A stretch of DNA of 64,000 nucleotides from an uncultured Actinomycetes bacterium. GTDB lineage: Bacteria; Actinomycetota; Coriobacteriia; Anaerosomatales; PHET01. Under the pieces are notes generated by a model. It made no database searches. It saw only the letters and a program-made list of their open reading frames with translations, and was not told the DNA's origin. The stretch covers positions 542,958 through 606,957 of the forward strand of contig CAVOYK010000001.1 of assembly GCA_963700665.1 (NCBI GenBank). The letters are read 5' to 3'. Position numbers and translations under genes: made by a program. Numbering within the stretch: position 1 is the first letter of the stretch; the number at the start of each line of letters is the position of its first letter. This document shows positions 40,969 to 53,345 of this stretch, one piece after another.

Positions 40969-42479
40969 GTGCGGCCTCCAGCCACTGTCAGTAGGCACCT
41001 CGCGCGAACAGCACCGCGGGTATGGTTCTGAACATCAGCGTGATATCGAGTGCCGACCGACCAGTTCTCGATGTAGAACAGGTCGAGCGCCACCATCTCG
41101 TCGAAGGTGAGGCTGCTGCGACCGGAGACCTGCCACAGGCCGGTCATGCCCGGCACCACCTCGAGCCGCCGCCAGTCCTTGACCGAGTATGACTCGACCT
41201 CGTACGGCAGCGGCGGTCGAGGTCCCACAAGCGACATCTCGCCCTTCAGCACGTTGATCAGCTGAGGAAACTCGTCGAGCGAGAACTTGCGCAGCCACTT
41301 GCCGACGGACGTCACGCGGGGGTCGTCCTTCATCTTGAAGAGAGGTCCGGAGGCCTCGTTCGCCGAGACAAGATCGGCCAGGCGCTGCGTCGGCGTCGAC
41401 GTACATCGACCTGAACTTGAGCATCTGGAACGGCCGCCCGTCACGACCGGCTCGAGTCTGACCGTAGAAGATCGGGTCCCGAGCTCGTGAACTTGATCAT
41501 CAGCGCGATCGCGAGCCAGATCGGCATGCCAAGAGACAACGATCAGTCCCGCCACAACGAGGTCGAAGACTCGCTTGACGAGCAGATTGCCCTTCGAAAG
41601 CGAGATGCCCTTGACGGTGATGAGAGGTACGCCGGCGACCTCGTTGACCAAGACCCGGCTCGTCAGGACCTCGAACAGCCCAGAGGAGATGTGCACGTCG
41701 ACGTCGACCGCGCGCAGCTCGGCGATGATGCGAGCGAGCACGTCGTGATCGAACGCAGTCGACGCGATGATCACGCAGTCCGCACCGGTCGCCGCCACGA
41801 TGTCGGCGACGTCTCGCGCCGTCCCCAGCACCGGTATCTCGCCCGAGCAGAAGTCGAGCCCGAGCCGCTCGGCCTGTGAGGAGGCCAAACAGCCGACGGG
41901 AACGAGTCCCGCCTCGGGGTTCTGTCGCAGCACCCTGATGATGTCGCCCGACTCGGCGTTGCTTCCCACGACCAGGGTGTTTCGCATCAGCCGGCCCCGC
42001 CGACGGACGAGCGCGATCACCACCGCGAGAATCCCACGGGCAGTGAGGACCATGACGATCGAGAGCATCCATGCCAGCAGGGTCCACCCACGCGAGAGGC
42101 CGGGGAGCTTTGCGAGGAACGTCGCCAGGATCAGCGCCACGACCCCCATCGACAGCGCACGCGCTACTCGGCCCGTCTCTGACAGGCCCCACGTCACACG
42201 ATCGAGGTCGTAGAGACCGGTCAGGGCAAGAAACGCGACCCACAGTGGCACGACTATCAGGGCCAGCTGCCAGAAGCTGATGTGGAGCTCGGTGGTTTCG
42301 AGGTTGACCGGGGCGGTGAAGGATCCGAACCACAGCCATGTCGCCACAAGGCCAGCGCACAGGATCGCCACCGCGTCGATAGCGACAAGGGCGGCCACCG
42401 TGAGCCTGCGGCGCCGCGTCCGTGACATCGTCCGCGCGCCCGTCTGCGTGTCCCGCACACCACTTGTCGGGTTCGGCAT
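40965..42479 (-). CDS. Priming polyprenyl-phosphate sugar transferase (WcaJ/CpsE-like)
   Basis: N-terminal TM helices, KRVFD, KFRSM (alternate frame), DDPRVT.VG..LRK.SLDE.PQL.NVL.G.MSLVGPRP and PGMTGLWQVSGR. Confidence 0.93.
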   Translation of the reverse strand: MPNPTSGVRDTQTGARTMSRTRRRRLTVAALVAIDAVAILCAGLVATWLWFGSFTAPVNLETTELHISFWQLALIVVPLWVAFLALTGLYDLDRVTWGLSETGRVARALSMGVVALILATFLAKLPGLSRGWTLLAWMLSIVMVLTARGILAVVIALVRRRGRLMRNTLVVGSNAESGDIIRVLRQNPEAGLVPVGCLASSQAERLGLDFCSGEIPVLGTARDVADIVAATGADCVIIASTAFDHDVLARIIAELRAVDVDVHISSGLFEVLTSRVLVNEVAGVPLITVKGISLSKGNLLVKRVFDLVVAGLIVVSWHADLARDRADDQVHELGTRSSTVRLEPVVTGGRSRCSSSGRCTSTPTQRLADLVSANEASGPLFKMKDDPRVTSVGKWLRKFSLDEFPQLINVLKGEMSLVGPRPPLPYEVESYSVKDWRRLEVVPGMTGLWQVSGRSSLTFDEMVALDLFYIENWSVGTRYHADVQNHTRGAVRARCLLTVAGGRT

Positions 42480-42569
42480 GCACCATTCCCTCGTCGATAA
42501 CCCGGCGCTAGCCGTGAGTATATACGAGCAGTCCGCGTTGGAAGGGGCTCGTCACGCCACTTGTGACGC

Positions 42570-42585
42570 CGTGACATCTGTCACA
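42570..42585. promoter_or_regulatory. CRP/FNR-family (CRP/GlxR-like) binding site in a divergent intergenic region
   Basis: CGTGA-CATCTG-TCACA, 9/10 match to TGTGA-N6-TCACA. Confidence 0.5.
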
Positions 42586-42603
42586 TCTCCCGAACGAACC
42601 GGC

Positions 42604-42631
42604 TAAGGTTCGGGCCTTCTTCGTTCGATAA
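42604..42631 (+). promoter_or_regulatory. Sigma28-type promoter candidate for the giant surface protein
   Basis: TAAG-N16-TTCGATAA, same spacing as the promoter at 15084-15111. Confidence 0.5.
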
Positions 42632-42706
42632 CACAAGCGTGCGGAGAACGTGTGGCCAGCGTGCCACGGCGGCTCCGTCGTACCTGTGTCTACCGAGGAG
42701 GCATCA

Positions 42707-45700
42707 GTGAAGGTCCGTCATGTCTGGCTTCGCGTCACGGCAGCTCTCTTCGCAGCTGCAATCCTCGGGTCCACATGGGTGCTACCGTACGCGGCACACG
42801 CCGTCTACGTCCCCGGCATCGGCGACACCCTGGTCTACTCGGCGTCCCACGCCTCTGGCACTGAGGCTTTCCCCGAGGCGATGACGCTGGGACCGGACAA
42901 CTCCGTCTTCTACACCCACAGCGACTACAACCGGCCTCCGCAACTGCCGGAGGACCTGTCGAACTACGTGATCGGGCTGTCGTCGGTCGGCTCGGAGATA
43001 TTCCGAGTGGGCTCGGCCGACGACTCCGTCCTCATGTGGCCGTGCGCGCTCGACTTCACCGCCTCAGGTGATCTGATCGTCGCAGACACCGAGCACCATC
43101 GCATCGTGAAGTACGACGTATCGACCGGTAGCGAACTGATGTCGTTCGGATCCTACGGAAGCAACGCCCTGCAGTTCTCTTCCCCCAGCGGCGTTGTGGT
43201 GGCCGCGGACGGAACCATCTGGGTCTCGGATACCTACAACGACCGCGTGCAGCACTTCACGGCGGGCGGTCTCTACCTCGGCGAGTGGACCACCGGCAGC
43301 GGTTCGTACCCCGACGGTCTGGCGGTGGACTCCGACGGCCACGTGTGGGTGACTCTCTCCGGTCTCAACGCAGTGGCCAAGTATGACCCCGACGGCACTG
43401 AGCTGCTGTCGTTCTCCTCGTGGTACGAGCGCGACGCTTTCGGCAACCCCACGGTCCAAGACGAGTTCTGGGGACCGCGAGATGTCGCCATCGATCCGTG
43501 GGGCACCATCTACATCGCGGATACCGAGAACGGCCGCGTAGTGCGTTTCGCATCTGATGGACAGTGGCTTGGCGCCTACAACCCTGCCGGCGTCATCGCC
43601 AAGGCAGGCGATATCGACATAGACGCCCTGGGCAACGTCTACGTTGCTGACTACTCGAACGACGCCGTATACAAGCTCGACTTCGTAGCGGCGGGCAGCG
43701 ACAACACGCCCCCGACAACGACTTCGAACATTCCCGCAGACTGGATCAACGCCCCTCTGTCGGTCACCCTGCAGGCGCAAGACACCAGCAATGCTGTTGA
43801 AGCGACGTACTACTCGACTGACGGTACGGACCCAACGGTCCTGTACCAGGCACCGTTCACGGTGAGCGCCGAGGGAACCACCACGGTCAAGTACTTCTCG
43901 GTCGACACCGCGCAGAACCAAGAGGACGTCAGAAGCGAACTGCTTCGCATCGACTCGGGCGCCCCCACCTCCACCGTCGACGTCCCGGCGCTCACGTACG
44001 GCTACTCGGTGTCCGTGAGCATGACGGCCAGTGACGCGTTGTCGGGCGTCAAACGCACTGTCTACATCGTGGACAACGGCTTCCCTCAGTACTACACGGC
44101 CCCCTTCTCTGTTCTGGGAATCGGAAACCACTACGTCGACTACTACAGCCAAGACAACGCGGGGAACAACGAGCTGATCCGCCGCGTGAACTTCACGATC
44201 GAGGCACCTGATGTCGCTCCGCCCACGACGACGACGAACATCTCGGCCGGGCTGGGTCAATCTCAACCAGTCGGTGCAGATCACGGCGACCGACGACGTC
44301 AGCGGTGTCGCAGCAACCTACGTGTCCTCAGACGGGAGCACCCCGACAGAGCTCTACGTGTCACCGATTCCGGTCACGACCGAGGGCATCACGACGTTCA
44401 AGTACTACTCGGTCGACAACCGGGGGAACGTCGAGCCCGTCAAGACCAGCTACGTCAAGCTCGACAAGACCCCACCGCAGTCGACGAGTAGCGTGCAGGA
44501 GAGCTACGTCGACAGCGCGACCGTGACCTTCTCTGGAACCGACGCGGTGTCCGGCCTGCTGAACATCGCAGCCAGTCTCGACGGGGCCCCGTGGAACTAC
44601 AGCGGGTCGGTACACACGGACGAGTGGGGATCTCACACTGTCGTCTGGCGCGCCACCGACTACGCCGGCAACCAAGAAGCCCTGCACACCGAGACGTTCA
44701 TGGTCCTGCAGCCCGACAACGAGCCGCCCATCACGGCGGACAACATCTCGAGCAGCTGGACAAAGGGCCCCTACCGCGTCGAACTGACTGCCTACGACGA
44801 GATCTCGAGCGTCGAGGCGATCTACTACTCGACCGACGGTTCGTATCCAAGCGTTCTCTACACTGGTCCGTTCGACTTCAATGTCGAAGGTTCGCACACT
44901 GTGAAGTTCTTCGCCGTGGACACGCGAGGGAATGCAGAAGCGGTGCAGAGTCGACTCCTGCAGATCGACAACACGGCACCGGTCTCCACCTCCAACGCAC
45001 AGACCGACTACTTGGGTCGGGCTGACATAACGCTCACCACGTCTGACGCGCTGTCGACGATCAGCGGCCTGTGGTATCGGCTCGACGGAGGCTCGTGGGT
45101 CAAGGGCGCCTCGGGCGTAGTCGTATCCACTATGGCCGTCGGCCCGCATACGCTCGAGTACTACGCAGTGGACGCGGCGAGCAACACCGAGACGACCCAC
45201 GTCGCCGCCTTCAACATCACGCCACCGGACACCGTGCCGCCTGTCACCACGTTCATCGGACCGTCTGGCTGGGTCAAGGGCCCGGTCACAGCGATGCTTC
45301 AGGCTGTCGACGCCAGTTCGACGGTGGCCGGCACGTGGTACTCACTGGACGGCTCAACCCCCAGCGTCCTGTATCAGGGCTCCATAGCCATCTCCAATGA
45401 GGGTCTGACGACCGTGAAGTACCGATCGTCGGACGTCTGGAACAACGTAGAGACCGTCAAGACCAGCGAGGTCCGCATCGACAACTCGGCACCGGTCACC
45501 ACCTCCGATGCCCTGCTGAACTACGTCGATCTCGCGGTCGTCACTCTGACGCCGTCCGACTCGCTTTCGGGGGTTGCCACCACCAAGTACCGGGTCGATG
45601 GCGGTGCGTGGAAGACGGGCACCTCCGTGAGCGTCACCGGCTACTGGACGCATACCATCGAGTACTACTCGACCGACAACGTCGGCAATAGCGAGAGCGT

Positions 45701-48700
45701 TCAAAGCGCGGTCTTCAGGATCCGTCGCATGGATCGCACGTACTACGACACTGACCCGAAGCTCCTGTACCGCGGCTCGTGGTACTCCGGCTATTCGGGC
45801 AGCGCGTCAAAGACCGACCAGGACAGCGCCGCGGTCTGGTTCTACTCACAGTCCAGCAGAATCCGCTACGTGGCGGTCAAGGCGCCGGACGCGGGAATCC
45901 TCCGAATCAGCATCGACGATGGTCCGTGGACCTACGTCGACCTCTACAGCTCCTACACCAACACGTGGCAGTACGTGTTCGACTCGGGCGACATCGACTT
46001 CGACTACCACCTCGTACGTGTCGAGCACACGGGGACCAAGAACCCCAGCAGCTCGGGCACGGCGGTCAACCTCGACGCGGTGATAATCGAGGGCAACCTG
46101 CTCGACGTGCCCGACGACACACCTCCTGTCACGACCTCCAATATCGACACCGCATGGCAGCGTGGCCCGGTCAGCGTGGTGCTGGCGGCCACCGATGCTA
46201 CGACCGGTGTCGACGCGACGTACTACTCGACCGATGGCTCGGTGCCATCCGTACCGTACACGGGTACCGTTCAGATTTCGGCCGAGGGGACGACTCCGTT
46301 CAAGTTCTACTCGGTTGACAAGCGCGGAAACGTCGAAGGCGTGACCGCTCAAAACGTCAGAATCGACAACACCGCACCGATAACCTCGTTGCCCGGCAAC
46401 ATGCCATCGAGCTTCACTACCACGGCCACCGTGAACCTCGCAGCAGCCGACCCCTACTCGGGAGTGGCGTCCACGAAGTGGCGTATCGACGGCGGGAGTT
46501 GGAACAACGGGACTTCGGTCACGATACCCGGAGCGTCTGTGGGCCAGCACCTGATCGAGTGGTACTCGGTCGACAACATCGGGAACAGCGAGTCCGTCAA
46601 CTCTCGAACGGTCACCGTTCTCAGGCGATTCGAGCAGACGCACTCGGCGATGCTCTACCGCGGCACGCTGGACCAATGCCAGCGCGTCCGGAACCTCTGG
46701 CGGAACGCACAAGTACACCAGCACCGCTGGGTCGTCGTTCTACCTGACGTTCCAAGGAACGCGGCTTGATTGGATAGCGTCGAAGAACTCCTCGTATGGG
46801 AAGGCCAACGTCGTGCTCGACGGCGGGGCCCCGGTGAGTGTGGACCTGTACAACCTCGTCTCACAGACCCAGCAGAAAGTGTGGTCCACCGGAGACATCG
46901 CCGACGGTACGCACACGCTGCGCATCGACTACACGGGCACCAAGAACGCCAGTTCGTCAGGGTACACGATCGCGGTCGACGCCATCGACGTCGTCGGTAC
47001 GATAGTCGCCGACACCGTCGCGCCCGTGAGCACGTGTGACGCGGACCCGACATGGCGAAACGACCCCGGCGACCGTGTCGCTCGGCGCGTCCGACGCGAA
47101 CAGCTGGGTCGCCTCGACGTACTACAAGGTCAATGGTGGCGGGCAGCAATCCTACTCCGCGCCGTTCTCCGTATCCGCCCAAGGGGTCAACACGATCGAG
47201 TACTGGTCGGTCGACGCGGTCGGCAACGCCGAGACCCACAAGTCCGCCACGGTGCGCATCGACACCACCGCCCCGAGCGCCTCTGACGACGCGCCGAGCG
47301 GCTGGGTCAACGGCCCGGTGAGCCTGAGCATCTCGGCAAACGACGCCCTGTCGGGTATCGAGAAGGTGCGCTACTCGGTCGACGGCTCTGCGCCCTCGCT
47401 CACCTACACCGGCGCGCTCTCGATCTCTGACGAGGGCACCACGACCGTGCGCTACCAGGCCCTCGACGTGGCCGGCAACGCCGGTGTCGAGGAGTCTGTC
47501 ATCGTGCGCGTCGACGACACGGCACCGGTGTACGAGCGACGACGCCCCCGCCGGGTGGGTCACCGATCCGGTCACCGTCGCGCTCGAGGCCTCGGACGCC
47601 TTCTCCGGTGTCGCCCAGACCTACTACTCGCTCGACGGCGCCGATCCGCTCACCTACACCGACCCGGTGCTCGTGAGCGCGGAAGGCGTTTCGACGCTCG
47701 AGTACTGGTCGGTCGACGAGGTCGGCAACGTCGAGGACGCGCAACGTCGCCACGGTGCGCATCGACACCACCGCCCCGACGACCACGAGCGACGCCGCGG
47801 CCTCCTACTCGGGCAACGCCGTGATCACGCTGTCGGCATCTGACGCAGGCTCGGGCGTGGCATCCACCGAGTACCGGCTCGACGCAGGCGCCTGGACCGA
47901 GGGCACCTCGGCGTCGACCTCCGTCGGCGGACCCCACACCATCCAGTGGCGCTCCACCGACGCGCTCGGCAACACCGAGCAGACCCGCTCGGCGACCTTC
48001 GACGTGGTCAAGCGCATCGAGCAGACCGACACCCGCGTCTACTACCGCGGTTCGTGGTGGACCGTGACCAACTCCAGCCTGTCGGGCGGCAGTCATGCCC
48101 GTATCGCCTCCGCCGGCGCGGCGCACCTCGTATTCGACGGCACCGGCATCGACCTGATCGCCTTGAAGTCGACCAACTACGGCATCGCCAAGGTCACCGT
48201 CGACGGCGGTACGCCCGTGTTCGCCGACCTCTACGCGCCGAGCGCCCAGTTCAAAGCGCCGGTCTTCTCGGTACGCGGGCTTGAAGACACCGCCCACACC
48301 CTCAAGATCGAGTGGACCGGGACCAAGAACGCGGCGTCGAGCTCGTCTGATATCTCCCTTGACGCGGTCGACGTGGTCGGCACGCTGGCGGCAGACACCA
48401 CCGCCCCGACCACTACGTCAACGGCGACGGGCGCCTGGCGCACCACCCCCGAGACCGTCACCCTCACGGCAAGCGACGCGCACAGCGCCGTGACGCTGAC
48501 CCGCTACCGTGTGGACGGCGGCTCGTGGGTCACCTACGGCAGCCCGTTCGTGATCAGCTCCGAGGGAACGCACACCGTCGAGTACTACTCCACCGATCTG
48601 GCCGGCAACACCGAGAGCGTCAAGACGGCCCTCGTGCGCATCGACAAGACCGCGCCGACCGTCACCGACGACGCGACAGGGGCGTGGTCCGCATCGGCGG

Positions 48701-51700
48701 TCACCGTGAAGCTGACCGCGACCGACACCGGCTCGGGCGTGGCCCAGATCCTCTACAGCACCGACGGCTCAACGCCCACGATCCCCTACACGGGACCGGT
48801 GACCGTCACAGACGAGAACTACACGACGCTCAAGTACCTGGCCACCGACTCGGTGGGCAACGCGACGACCGTGAAGTCAGCGACGGTGCGCATCGACCGG
48901 ACGCCTCCGGCCTCCGGAACCGACGCAGACCCCAAGTGGAGATCACACCCGGTGAACGTGACCTTCTGGGCTGGAGACACCTTCTCCGGTGTCGCCGAGA
49001 CCTTCTACGTCCTCAACGGCGCCGATCCGGTCGCCTACACAGAACCGGTGCTCGTGAGCAAGGAAGGCACCTCCACGATCGAGTACTGGTCTGTCGACGC
49101 GGTCGGCAACGCCGAGACCCACAAGTTCGCCACGGTGCGCATCGACACCACCGCCCCGAGCGCCTCTGACGACGCGCCGAGCGGCTGGGTCAACGGCCCG
49201 GTGAGCCTGAGCATCTCGGCAAACGACGCCCTGTCGGGTATCGAGAAGGTGCGCTACTCGGTCGACGGCTCGGCGCCCTCGCTCACCTACACCGGCGCGC
49301 TCACGATCTCTGACGAGGGAACCACGACCGTGCGCTACCAGGCCTTCGACGTGGCCGGCAACGCCGGTGTCGAGGAGTCTGTCATCGTGCGCGTCGACGA
49401 CACGGCACCCGTGTCGAGCGACGACGCCCCCGCCGAGTGGGTCACCGATCCGGTCACCGTCGCGCTCGAGGCCTCGGACGCCTTCTCCGGTGTCGCCCAG
49501 ACCTACTACTCGCTCGACGGCGCCGATCCGCTCACCTACACCGACCCGGTGCTCGTGAGCGCGGAAGGCGCTTCGACGCTCGAGTACTGGTCGGTCGACG
49601 AGGTCGGCAACGTCGAGGAGCGCAACGTCCGCCACGGTGCGCATCGACACCACCGCCCCGACGACCACGAGCGACGCCGCGGCCTCCTACTCGGGCAACG
49701 CCGTGATCACGCTGTCGGCATCTGACGCAGGCTCGGGCGTGGCATCCACCGAGTACCGGCTCGACGGCGGCGTCTGGACCGAGGGCACCTCGGCGTCGAC
49801 CTCCGTCGGCGGACCCCACACCATCCAGTGGCGCTCCACCGACGCGCTCGGCAACACCGAGCAGACCCGCTCGGCGACCTTCGACGTGGTCAAGCGCATC
49901 GAGCAGACCGACACCCGCGTCTACTACCGCGGTTCGTGGTGGACCGTGACCAACTCCAGCCTGTCGGGCGGCAGTCATGCCCGCATCGCCTCCGCCGGCG
50001 CGGCGCACCTCGTATTCGACGGCACCGGCATCGACCTGATCGCCTTGAAGTCGACCAACTACGGCATCGCCAAGGTCACCGTCGACGGCGGTACGCCCGT
50101 GTTCGCCGACCTCTACGCGCCGAGCGCCCAGTTCAAAGCGCCGGTCTTCTCGGTACGCGGGCTTGAAGACACCGCCCACACCCTCAAGATCGAGTGGACC
50201 GGGACCAAGAACGCGGCGTCGAGCTCGTCTGATATCTCCCTTGACGCGGTCGACGTGGTCGGCACGCTGGCGGCAGACACCACCGCCCCGACCACTACGT
50301 CAACGGCGACGGGCGCCTGGCGCACCACCCCCGAGACCGTCACCCTCACGGCAAGCGACGCGCACAGCGCCGTGACGCTGACCCGCTACCGTGTGGACGG
50401 CGGCTCGTGGGTCACCTACGGCAGCCCGTTCGTGATCAGCTCCGAGGGAACGCACACCGTCGAGTACTACTCCACCGATCTGGCCGGCAACACCGAGAGC
50501 GTCAAGACGGCCCTCGTGCGCATCGACAAGACCGCGCCGACCGTCACCGACGACGCGACAGGGGCGTGGTCCGCATCGGCGGTCACCGTGAAGCTGACCG
50601 CGGCCGACACCGGCTCGGGCGTGGCCCAGATCCTCTACAGCACCGACGGCTCAACGCCCACGATCCCCTACACGGGACCGGTGACCGTCACAGACGAGAA
50701 CTACACGACGCTCAAGTACCTGGCCACCGACTCGGTGGGCAACGCGACGACCGTGAAGTCAGCGACGGTGCGCATCGACCGGACGCCTCCGGTGGTCAAC
50801 GACGACAGCACCGGTCAGTGGTCGAAGGAGCCCGTGACTCTCCATCTGTCCGCGACCGACGCGGGAGCTGGCGGCGTGGTCTTCTGGTACAGCACCGACG
50901 GCAGCCACCCAACCATCCCGAGTACGGGAACCGTTCTGGTGGGCGAGCCAGGCACGACGATAGTCAGGTACTGCGGGGCCGACGCACTGGGGAACACGAG
51001 TGCAGTCGCTCAAGCAACGGTCCGCATCGACGGCATAGCGCCTATCACGACGAGCAACGCCGCGGCGACGTACCTGCAGACCGCGTCGATCTCTCTCCAG
51101 CCCGTGGACTCCATCTCCGGCGTCGTGTCCACCGAGTACCGCCTCGACGGCGGGGTGTGGACGCCAGGCACCTCTGTATCCACCTCGGTTGGCGGTCCAC
51201 ACTCGCTCGAATGGCGATCGACTGACGCCGCCGGCAACACGGAACAGACACGGTCCGCGAGCTTCAACGTCATCAGAAGCTTCGAGCAGACCGACGCCCA
51301 CATCTACTACCGTGGTCCGTGGTGGACCGTCACGCACGCTTCGATGTCGGGAGGAAGCCACATCAAGGTCGCCTCCGACGCCAGCCTGCGCTTCGCCTTC
51401 ACCGGTACCAGCGTCGACCTGTTCGCACTCAAAGCGTCGAACTACGGTATCGCCAGGGTCACTCTCGACGGCGGCGCCCCCACCATGGTCGACCTGTACT
51501 CGGCCTCTTCGCAGCCGCGGTCGAAGGTCTTCTCGGCGAGCGGCCTGACCAACGGCGTCCACACCGTGCTCGTCGAGTGGACCGGGACCAAGAACATCGC
51601 GTCGACCTCCACCGACATATGCTTCGACGCGGTAGACCTCATCGGGGAGATGAGCGCGATACCCCAACACCAGAGCCGAGCAAACCGACTCGCACATCGC

Positions 51701-53296
51701 CTACGCTGGGTCTTGGACCGAGGTCTCGAACGTCAACCTCTCCGGCGGCAGCCACACCAAGATCGACTCCGAAGGCGGCGCCTACGTCTCGTTCAGGGGG
51801 CCGTCGATGGACCTCGTCGCGCTCAAGGCATCGTCGTACGGTATCGCTCGGGTCACCGTGGACGGCGGAGCCCCACAGCTGATCGACCTCTACGCACCGG
51901 CCAGCTCCGTCCAGTGGAAGGCCAAGGTCTTCAGTGTCAGCGGCCTGACCGACACCTGGCACACCGTCGCCATCGAGTGGACCGGCACCAAGAACCCTGC
52001 ATCGACGGGCACGCAGATCGGGCTCGACGCTGTGGGCTACGCGTTCGACATCGGCCAGGCCTCGACGCCTCCGTCGCCAACCACCCGCTTCGAACAGACC
52101 AATCCCAAGCTGGCCTACTCCGGACCGTGGTACAGCGTGTCTCACGCGAACCTCTCGGCAGGCAGTCATGCCAAACTCGGCGCCGAGGGCTCGGTGAGCA
52201 TCGCGTTCACCGGCACTGAGGTCTATGTCGTCGCTCTGAAGGCGTCCACCTACGGCATCGCCAACATCTCGCTCGACGGCGGCGACCCCGTGCCGGTGGA
52301 TCTCTACGCCCCGAGCAGCGCGGTGCAGTGGAAGTCGAGGGTGTGGAGTGCCAAGGGGCTTGCCAACGGTCCCCACACGGTCGTTGTGTCGTGGACCGGC
52401 ACCAAGAACGCCTCGTCGACCAGTACCGATATCGGCATCGACGCCGTCGACGTGCTCGGAACGCTTGACCAGGCGAGCCCGCCGGATTCGCCCCTGACCA
52501 CCTACCAGCAGACCGAGTCCGAGATTGTCTACGAAGGTGGCTGGTTCACCAGCTCCCACTCGAGCCTGTCGGGCGGCAGCCAAGCCAAGCTCGGTGCTGC
52601 CGGACGAGCCAAGATCGCCTTCACCGGCACCGCGATCCAGATCGTTGGCACCAAGGGATCGACCTACGGCATCGCCGAGATCAGCATCGACGATGGTCCG
52701 GCGCAGTCGGTCGACCTCTACTCGGCGAGCACGCAGACACAGGCCGTCGTGTTCTCGGCCGAGGACCTTGCGGATGGACCCCACACCGTCGTGATGTCGT
52801 GGACCGGCGCCAAGAACGCTTCGGCCGGGCGGTGCGGACATCAGCCTCGACGCCCTCAAGGTCCTCGGCACGCTCGACACCTACGTCGAGCCGACGTCGC
52901 CGCTCACCACCTACGAGCAAGACAGCGGCAGTCTCGTCTATGAGGGCAACTGGTTCACGAGTTCTCACTCGAGTCTCTCGGGCGGCAGCCAAGCCAAGCT
53001 CGGATGGTCGGGACAGGTGACCGCCAACTTCACAGGCACGGCCCTCCACGTCGTCGCCACCAAGGGATCGACCTACGGCATCGCCGAGATCAGCATCGAC
53101 GGCGGCCCGGCGCAAGTCGGTCGACCTCTACTCGGCGAGCACGCAGACACAGGCCGTCGTGTTCTCGGCTGAGGACCTTGCGGATGGCCCCCACACCGTC
53201 GTGATGTCATGGACCGGCGCCAAGAACGCCTCGGCGAGCGGCGCGGACATCAGCCTCGACGCCCTCAAGGTCCTCGGCACGCTCGACACGCCCTAG
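42707..53296 (+). CDS. Giant secreted repeat protein (about 3,500 aa, split by indels): NHL beta-propeller, many Ig-like repeats and carbohydrate-binding-like modules
   Basis: SD GAGGAGG + GTG, signal peptide ending AHA; NHL repeats (IVADTEHHRI, WVSDTYNDRV); repeats D..AP.T...YYSTDG.....Y.SVD..GN.E; modules EQT...Y.G.W....SGGS...YGIA...DG....DLY...HT...WTGTKN...DA. Consecutive ORFs continue one architecture to TAG at 53294. Confidence 0.85.
47191..50792 (+). repeat. Near-identical direct repeat of about 1.72 kb (47191-48910 and 49074-50792)
   Basis: ORFs 47755 and 49637 are almost residue-for-residue identical; offset 1882-1883 bp. Confidence 0.92.
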
Positions 53297-53315
53297 ATTC
53301 CCGGGAATCGCCCCC

Positions 53316-53345
53316 AACGGCCGTCTCACTCGTGAGGCGGCCGTT
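53316..53345. terminator. Hairpin between convergent genes
   Basis: AACGGCCGTCTCAC-TC-GTGAGGCGGCCGTT. Confidence 0.7.

Noticed and set aside
47191-53290. Diversity-generating retroelement template/variable repeat pair
   Set aside because: Both copies are in-frame coding domains, differences are not adenine-specific, and no reverse transcriptase is in the window.
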